Source of the DNA: a virus
DNA: 64,000 bases
Virus record (IMG/VR): IMGVR_UViG_3300050014_000899
Strand: one strand, 5' to 3'
Made by a program: the position numbers and the translations under genes
Shown: positions 56,903-64,000 of the stretch, one piece after another
Layout of the letters: each line of letters begins with the position of its first letter
Position numbering within the stretch: the first letter of the stretch is position 1
Notes under the pieces: generated by a model
What the model was told of the DNA's origin: nothing
What the model saw: the letters and a program-made list of their open reading frames with translations, nothing else
Database searches by the model: none

Positions 56903-58162
56903 ATGGCAGAATCAAAACATTTAAACACAGTTGAACCAGGACATATCGTCCAAGATCGACCCGGGATTCCCTCAGATTATCACTGTACTTGTGAATACTG
57001 TCAAAAATTCATGGGTGAAATCTATAACACTGAACATGACAAATATTACAGCAATCGTATTCGTAAGGGATACTATGTTGATAAGGCTGGAGATCATCTT
57101 GATGTCGGTCATGTTATTGGTTACAAATGGGCTATACAAAATCTTTGCCCTCCCGGAGGATATGTTTTGGATCCTACCGCAGGAACTGGAACTGCTGTTG
57201 TTGAAGCCATTACAAGTGGAAGAAATGGAATTGGAATTGAACTTGAATACCCAGAGGTTGGGGAAAGAAATATCAGAGAACAGTGGGCAAAAGCAAGAGT
57301 TCCGGATCCTGAAATAAGCTCTTATTTTCGTCAAGGAGATGCTACAAAACTAGATAAATATTTTGCTGAATGGTCATTTAGTAACCCCGTTTTTAAAGGT
57401 CCTTTCTTGGATCTTATAGTAAATGGAACCCCTTACCCAAAACTATCTGGAAAAAGTTCAGATGCACCCGAAAGGAAAAATCTTCACACAAAAGTTGATA
57501 CCAGTTTTGATTACATGCATGAAGATAATATTGGACTTACGAAAGGGGATGCTTATTGGAAGCTCGTAGAGACGATATATTCAAAATCTATTGCTTATCT
57601 TAAGCCCGGAGGATACTTCGTCATCATTATAAAAGACCTAGTACAAAATAAAAAACCATATCTTCTTCACAAGTATATTACGGATGTGGTTTTGGCCAGC
57701 AATCCTGATATGGAATATCATGGGTTCTTCTTACACAAACATTGTCCAACCACAATGTTTATCAATACTTATCAAAAGAGATTTCCTGGTCTCCCAATTC
57801 CTCTTTATCAAACAGGTATTGTACTCAGGAAAAAAGGAAATTATCCCCACACTGATGGATTTCCTGTTGAAGAATCCAAAACTATTCGACAGATCCCAAC
57901 CCCCGAAGAAATAGCAACCGATAAAATAAAGAAGGATGTTGAAAAAATAGTTGATAAAAAAGCTAAAATAGCACTCGATTTATCTCAATTTAAATCAGCT
58001 GGAATGGGTCCAGAATACGAGGGGCCTAAAAAGAAAAATAAAAAAAATTTCATGGAGGAATATGATAGGGGATTTCAGGATGGTTATACGAGCGCATGTT
58101 CAGATATTAAAGAACAAATATGGCAATTAAATAAAGATAATGGTAATCGGGAGGAAATTTAA
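56903..58162 (+). CDS. amino (N4/N6) DNA methyltransferase-like protein
   Basis: VLDPTAGTGT; GIELE; NGTPY; LKPGGY. Confidence 0.75.
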   Translation: MAESKHLNTVEPGHIVQDRPGIPSDYHCTCEYCQKFMGEIYNTEHDKYYSNRIRKGYYVDKAGDHLDVGHVIGYKWAIQNLCPPGGYVLDPTAGTGTAVVEAITSGRNGIGIELEYPEVGERNIREQWAKARVPDPEISSYFRQGDATKLDKYFAEWSFSNPVFKGPFLDLIVNGTPYPKLSGKSSDAPERKNLHTKVDTSFDYMHEDNIGLTKGDAYWKLVETIYSKSIAYLKPGGYFVIIIKDLVQNKKPYLLHKYITDVVLASNPDMEYHGFFLHKHCPTTMFINTYQKRFPGLPIPLYQTGIVLRKKGNYPHTDGFPVEESKTIRQIPTPEEIATDKIKKDVEKIVDKKAKIALDLSQFKSAGMGPEYEGPKKKNKKNFMEEYDRGFQDGYTSACSDIKEQIWQLNKDNGNREEI

Positions 58163-59239
58163 ATGGGACACGTAGAAAAACTTTATTCGGAAGGAACTAA
58201 GCGACCTAAGGTAGCACCAGCTCCTCAACCAATTCCACCTAAGGATTATGAGGAACATTCTAATTTAGCTTATCATGCAGGATATGTAGCAGGCACGAAA
58301 GATACTGCTGAAAAATTCTTGAAATATTTCGAAGATAAAAAAACGATTAAAAATGAATAAAGTTACTGAAAGATATTTCACAACTCCAGAACAAGGAATT
58401 GAAATAATTACAGATGCAATAAATGCTGGATGGCATCATGTAAATGGAGCAACATTAAAGGAACTCAAGAAGGATATAAAAGCCGTCATGAAAGTAAATG
58501 GAACTGAACAGTTTTTCAAATACGTTTATGGGGTTGAAGAAGATTCCGATACAATGACATTTTCAGTCTTTGTAAAATTTGATAAAGTTTATAGTATAGC
58601 AATTAAATAATGGAACAGACTTTTGTAATTTCAGTACCAAATGATCCTAAAAACAAAAAGTACTTTGATACTTTAGATGATGGGATTCAACTCATTTTTG
58701 AATATATTTCTGCAGGATATAAAGAAATCAATGGAAATAAAACTACCGAAGTTATTGCAGATTTGAAAACTCTTTTCAATCCTAATCGTAAAAGATTGGA
58801 AGGGTATAAATTAAGAATGGGTATTCATTTTGATCCTGAATACAAAACCTTTTGTGTATTTACAGAAACTATCAAATTATGAGAAATTTAACTAATACAG
58901 AGCTTTCAGAATGTTTAAATGAGGCGTGCGTTCTATTAACTTTGGATTTTAATCAGGGAAAGGAATATGGTAACTTTGAAAAACTTCCCAATGAATCCAT
59001 TAATAAAATAAAAAAATACTCTCTTGAACATTTTGAAGTTTTTGGAAATCCCGAAGTAACCTTTAGGATTACTACAAAATTATTTAATAGTGTAAAATTT
59101 TGTAACTCAGATCCAAGGGTAAAAGGTCCAAAAATAATAAAAGCTTTAATTTTAAATAAGATGTCCGGCGTAACTTTAGCAATATCCAAAGAAGGACAAG
59201 AATTTTATAAAATTTTTAAAGAACTTATATAATATAATC

Positions 59240-59638
59240 ATGGGAAAAATTAAAAATTTAAAATTGAGTCTTGCAGAAGTTAGACTTGAAAAACTTCAGC
59301 ATGTAAAAAATCATGATTTTGAAAAAGCTTGTGCAGCTAGAGATCGAGAAAAGGATCTTTTAGATCAGATTGAAGCAGCTAGAAAAAACAAAACTAAAAA
59401 ATTCTTAACAAAAGTCAAGAGGTCAGAGATCGAAGAGATTATTTTGGGTTCTCAATTTAGCATAAATACCCCCGAAAATAGATCATTACTCGGAGCATCC
59501 CTTTCTAAAGCTTTGGGATTTTCAATGGAGGATATTACCACAAATGAATTAGTTGATGATGGATTTGTGTGCTTTAGAGGATATGACCCTATTTCTAAAA
59601 AAGTAATTTCTATCACTATTGCTCCAACCACAATATAA
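59240..59638 (+). CDS. UVR (UvrB/C) motif protein
   Basis: KNHDFEKACAARDREK. Confidence 0.55.
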   Translation: MGKIKNLKLSLAEVRLEKLQHVKNHDFEKACAARDREKDLLDQIEAARKNKTKKFLTKVKRSEIEEIILGSQFSINTPENRSLLGASLSKALGFSMEDITTNELVDDGFVCFRGYDPISKKVISITIAPTTI

Positions 59639-60179
59639 TGGGAAGCAGATATACAAAAAGTATTCCTGAAAAAGTATGGTTTCAGGAACTTCGAGAGCGA
59701 GGATGGATTGCAGGTCCTTTTGTTGCAAAGCCCAAAGGACCTGGAAAATATCTAGCATTTAGATTGATACCAGATGAAGAATACATGAAATTTGTTATTC
59801 CCGTCGGAGAACTTACTGAAGAACAAGCCATAGAACGATTGAAAGAATTGCGTAAGTTATATGCTGAAGATTTGGATATGCCAGACGCAGAAATATATTT
59901 AAAACCAAACAATGAGAACGATAACGCTTGAGGAATTAGCAGCTACTCTAACCACAATGGCTACTAAATTTCCCTATGAAATAAATGAGCTATCTATAAT
60001 TTATGATGGCGAAAATCTTGAAACGAAGATTCATCCTATTATTGGAGTAGAAAATATTGAGATCAATTTTACCGTTGAAAAAACTGAAGAAGATAAAGTT
60101 CCTCCTCCGCCTCCTCCACCCCCTCCTAGATTATTAAAAGAAGAATAACCACAATAACCACCAAAACCAACCAAACCAA

Positions 60180-61550
60180 ATGTGCGGAATAATTGTCACT
60201 GCAGCACCTCAAAAGGTTGACTGTATTAAACATAGAGGAATTCAATTTACCTCAGTAACAAAAGACGCTTGGACTTACGGTCATCACCGTCTTCCCATCC
60301 AAACTCTTGAAGATGATAAATGGTACCAACCCATTCACTTAGCTGATGGAGGATTACTATTATTCAATGGAGAGATATTTAACTTCAATGAGATAAATGA
60401 AACCCAGTTTGATAACGATACAGAGTATTTAAAAGCACTTTTTGATTACGAAGATCATTGGTACCGTCTTATCCCCGAAATTAATCTTTGGGATGGATTC
60501 TGGTCAATTGTAATTATCCGAAATGAAAAAGTTACTGCTTTTACAGATCCTCTTGGGAAAAAACAACTCTATTATAATAAAAGAGGCGAGATCTGCAGCG
60601 AGGTTAAGGGATTAACTAATTATGGACTTGTTGATCAAAGATTTATAAGTACCGTTAATAAATGGGGTTACAATACAGATGACAGAACTCTATGGGTAGA
60701 TGTTAAGAGAATTATGCCCAACTGCATTTATATGTGGGATCAGAAAACCCCAAATAATAAAGAAATTATAGCCGATTACTTTGATTGGAACTACAATGTC
60801 AAAAGCAAATCTTCATTCCACGATCTTATAGAACAATCTGTTAGAAGGAGATTACTCACCAAAAAATATAAAGTTTCTACACTGTTCTCGGCTGGTTTGG
60901 ATAGTACAATTATACTTTATTTCCTCAAGAAATTTGGTGCAGATGTAAACATCTATTCAATCAACAATGAAGAAGATGGGGTCTTTGTTCAATCCGTAGA
61001 GAACCTATGGGGATTAAATATTAACTATCTCGATGTTAAACCTGAAGAACTTCCTTTAGTCGATCGTATGAGAATTTACGACATCCAGGATTCAATGATT
61101 GATCTCGGATCAGTAATTCCGCAATACTATTTGTTCAAAGACATCAAGGACAAAATCGTTTTAACTGGCGATGGGGCTGATGAACTATTTGGAGGTTATA
61201 GAAGAATAAGCGAATATGATTCTCAGAAGAGTGATGTATTCCAGGAACTCCCATTCTATCACATGGTTCGAATTGACCGTATGAGCATGAATTTCACCAT
61301 CGAATGCAGAAACCCATTCTTGGGTCATGACGTAGTCAGAGCAGCTCTACAATTACCTTTATCAGAAAGAACTCACAAGAAAATATTAAAAGATGAATTC
61401 AAAGGATATATCCCGGATAATATAATCGAAAGAAAGAAAAACCCTTTGAAAATCAACGCTATAAGAACTAATGAAGTAGCTTATCGAAGAGAAACCATTG
61501 AAGACTATCTCAAATGGACTAAACTTAATCCACCTAAAGACCGCTTTTAA
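60180..61550 (+). CDS. asparagine synthetase-like class II glutamine amidotransferase
   Basis: MCGI; HRG; HHRL; FNGEIFN; SAGLDS; LTGDGADELFGGY. Confidence 0.9.
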   Translation: MCGIIVTAAPQKVDCIKHRGIQFTSVTKDAWTYGHHRLPIQTLEDDKWYQPIHLADGGLLLFNGEIFNFNEINETQFDNDTEYLKALFDYEDHWYRLIPEINLWDGFWSIVIIRNEKVTAFTDPLGKKQLYYNKRGEICSEVKGLTNYGLVDQRFISTVNKWGYNTDDRTLWVDVKRIMPNCIYMWDQKTPNNKEIIADYFDWNYNVKSKSSFHDLIEQSVRRRLLTKKYKVSTLFSAGLDSTIILYFLKKFGADVNIYSINNEEDGVFVQSVENLWGLNINYLDVKPEELPLVDRMRIYDIQDSMIDLGSVIPQYYLFKDIKDKIVLTGDGADELFGGYRRISEYDSQKSDVFQELPFYHMVRIDRMSMNFTIECRNPFLGHDVVRAALQLPLSERTHKKILKDEFKGYIPDNIIERKKNPLKINAIRTNEVAYRRETIEDYLKWTKLNPPKDRF

Positions 61551-61585
61551 ATGAAAGAATTAACATCATCACAATCTTTAATCTG

Positions 61586-62017
61586 ATGGAAACAACAAAA
61601 GATACTAGACTTCAGTTTGGTTTTGAAGCTGAAGACTTTTGCCGAAAACATTTTGATAGACTCAAAATTAAAGTAATGAGAACAAGGGATCGAGCAGATT
61701 GGGATCCTTATTTGGATAGAAGGATAGGAGATTTAATTATAGAGGACTATAAATTTGTTTTTATTGATGTTAAAAGGGGAGGGATTTCGGAGGATTCCTT
61801 AAATCATTTTAAGGGTCAATATTATTTTGTTTATAATGGAAATTTAACTGAATTATTTATTTTTAAACCCGAAGATATAAAAAACAATTCAGCTATTTCT
61901 AAAGAACGTTTGTCTTCGGGAGATTGGGGTATAAAACATTATATGCTCATAAAACACGTTCCCTATATGGAATTAGACGAATTTATTGCAAAACTTCATT
62001 CAAGAACATTAGTATAA
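61586..62017 (+). CDS. possible PD-(D/E)XK nuclease
   Basis: G..AE; GDL; FIDVK. Confidence 0.45.
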   Translation: METTKDTRLQFGFEAEDFCRKHFDRLKIKVMRTRDRADWDPYLDRRIGDLIIEDYKFVFIDVKRGGISEDSLNHFKGQYYFVYNGNLTELFIFKPEDIKNNSAISKERLSSGDWGIKHYMLIKHVPYMELDEFIAKLHSRTLV

Positions 62018-62022
62018 GAATC

Positions 62023-62217
62023 ATGGAAACAAAATTATATAGAAGTCGTCATGGAGTCATAGGCGGAGTTTGTGCCGGACTTGCTAAATATTGGAACTGT
62101 GATGAAGCTATCGTCAGAGTTGTTACTCTTTTAGGAGCACTATTAACAGTATTTCCATTCACTTTAATCTACATTATTTCTTGGATAGTAATACCCAAAG
62201 AACCTAAAGAAAAATAA
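62023..62217 (+). CDS. PspC domain membrane protein
   Basis: KLYRSR..IGGVCAGLAKY...IVRV...YIISWIVIP. Confidence 0.85.
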   Translation: METKLYRSRHGVIGGVCAGLAKYWNCDEAIVRVVTLLGALLTVFPFTLIYIISWIVIPKEPKEK

Positions 62218-62608
62218 TCATGGATACAAAAACACCAGATTGGACACATAGAGATTGCAAAATTTCAGATATAAGAAAACTTTATGAGATGTATATCTTT
62301 ACATTGGAATCAGCAAATACAATGATTCCAGAAGGTGGATATAGAACCCCGCTTCTTGTAAAGAATAATATATTCGAAGAAAGACTTAAAACTTACTTTC
62401 TTAAAGATGCTCACCGAGTAACAAGGGAAGAAATCCTTGGAGTTAAGTGGAACTTATTCATTACTCAAGGCTATTACATTAAGATTGTCAAAGGGGAAAC
62501 CACTAGATACCCAATGGATAAAGAAAAGTATTATGTTTCTTATTTAGAAATTGCAGGTCCTCTTGGAACTTTTCCCGACCGAATTCATGATATATAGAAT
62601 AAAACTAT

Positions 62609-63229
62609 ATGTCGGAAAAAATTCACTATGTTTATTTAACTACTAATATAATTTCAGGAAAACAATATGTTGGGGATCATACAATAAATTCCAAAGAAAA
62701 AAGATATTATATTGGTAGCGGGGAAGCATTTTTGGATGCTGTTAAAAGTTATGGAGAATCAAATTTTTTCAAAGAAATACTAGAATGGTTTGAAACAAGA
62801 AAGGATTCACACAATGCAGAAACTTTCTATATAAAAAAGTTTAATACTTTAGTTCCAAATGGATATAATATTAGTCCCACGGGAGGATTAAATGTTCAGG
62901 GATGTTTTTCAGAGGAATCTAAAAAGAAAATGTCTATTCATAACGTTGGGATGAAAGGAAAACATCATTCGGAAAAATCAAAAGAAAAAATAAGAAAAGG
63001 AAATAAGGATTTAAAAAGATCCGTAGAAACAAAAGAAAAAATTCAAAAAGCTACAGAAGGAGAAAACCACCCAAATTGGGGAAAACACTTATCCCAAAAA
63101 ACAAAAGATAAAATTAAAGACGGTAATCTCAATAAAACCCACCCAAAAGAATTTGGGGAAAAAATTGGTAAAGCACTTAAAGGAAGAGAACCCTGGAATA
63201 AAGGATTAAAATATTCACGAATAAACTAA
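62609..63229 (+). CDS. GIY-YIG homing endonuclease with NUMOD3 repeats
   Basis: YVYLTTN..GKQYVG; YIGSG; GYNISPTGG. Confidence 0.85.
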   Translation: MSEKIHYVYLTTNIISGKQYVGDHTINSKEKRYYIGSGEAFLDAVKSYGESNFFKEILEWFETRKDSHNAETFYIKKFNTLVPNGYNISPTGGLNVQGCFSEESKKKMSIHNVGMKGKHHSEKSKEKIRKGNKDLKRSVETKEKIQKATEGENHPNWGKHLSQKTKDKIKDGNLNKTHPKEFGEKIGKALKGREPWNKGLKYSRIN

Positions 63230-63442
63230 AAAACATGAAAACACAAGCAGAATTAGAAAATCAAAATGTTAAAAGTAACATGAACAAAAGAATTGAAATG
63301 TTTACGAATGACATTAAATCAAAAGAAATATTGTTTGAAACGACTGGAGAACAAAGATATAAATCAGCAGCAAACAATCTTCGAGCTAGACGTGGCGAAT
63401 TGGAATTTGTATCAGAAGTATGGTTTTAAATAATAAATCAAA

Positions 63443-63793
63443 ATGGACGACAAAACAAAAGCAATTATTGGTGCTGGAGCAGCACCTCAAACTCAGGTAA
63501 GAATTACCCCAGAGATAATCAGGGTTTCTAAAAATGTTACTTGTGAATGCGGCGGAATGCTATTCAGCGAGAAGATATTTTTCAAAATTCTCTCAGGATT
63601 AGTATCTCAGAGTGGTAAGGAAGAAATGATTCCTATGCCTGTATTCGTATGTGAAAAATGTGGTAAAGTACCTCAGTTCTTTGATTCACAAAATGTTCTA
63701 CCAGATGCAATCAAGACAACTCCTGTCAATAGAGGCGAAGTAGAAGTAAATGGAAATAAACAAGTTCCTTTCACCGTATCTAAAAACGAATAA
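63443..63793 (+). CDS. Zn-ribbon hypothetical protein
   Basis: CECGG...CEKCG. Confidence 0.6.
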   Translation: MDDKTKAIIGAGAAPQTQVRITPEIIRVSKNVTCECGGMLFSEKIFFKILSGLVSQSGKEEMIPMPVFVCEKCGKVPQFFDSQNVLPDAIKTTPVNRGEVEVNGNKQVPFTVSKNE

Positions 63794-64000
63794 TAATGAA
63801 ACTCAATCTCGCAAAATTGCAAGAAGTTGAAGCTAAATATCGCAATGATACTATAACTTTCAACGCTTTACAAACTATGGTTGATACTGCTCTTCGTCAG
63901 ACCGAGTTATTCGGACTTGACTTTGGACAACCCAGTGTTGCAACTTCGGTAACAACTCTTCTTGATCTTGGTATTCTTATTCCAGGTCCGGATGACAAAC

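Noticed and set aside
60099-60180. CCT/CCA and ACCAA short repeats
   Set aside because: Poly-proline coding tail and low-complexity spacer; no further structure.

Overview
Segment of an AT-rich T4-superfamily jumbo phage genome (gp21-type prohead protease and gp23-type major capsid protein at 35.6-39.8 kb). The host is probably Bacteroidota, judged from TAnnTTTG promoter motifs and the lack of Shine-Dalgarno sites. The first 16 kb holds two tRNA operons (about 35 tRNA or tRNA-like genes) interleaved with free-standing homing endonucleases and many small structured RNAs. The main finding is that each operon is preceded by promoter -> short leader ORF -> antiterminator/terminator, and the leader codons mirror the tRNA content of its own operon. 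Leader 2 (SIHTISITSSH) precedes a Ser/His/Thr/Ile-only operon. Leader 1 (RRANMDNFVDWGFNRAANKDGG) precedes an Arg/Ala/Asn/Met/Asp/(Phe)/Val/Trp/Gly/Lys operon. This looks like ribosome-mediated attenuation that switches on replacement tRNAs when those tRNAs become limiting. Also present: a minimal RNase P RNA, four Y-RNA-like RNAs, a 23S rRNA helix-69 mimic, D-armless tRNAs, translation/tRNA-repair genes (bL12, RNA ligase, Thg1-like, PTH2, deformylase), NAD salvage (PnuC, NadD), a glycosyltransferase locus, a SET-domain protein and a probable cytosine-modification locus. All calls were made by eye from motifs and base pairing; no searches were run, and RNA boundaries may be off by a few nt.
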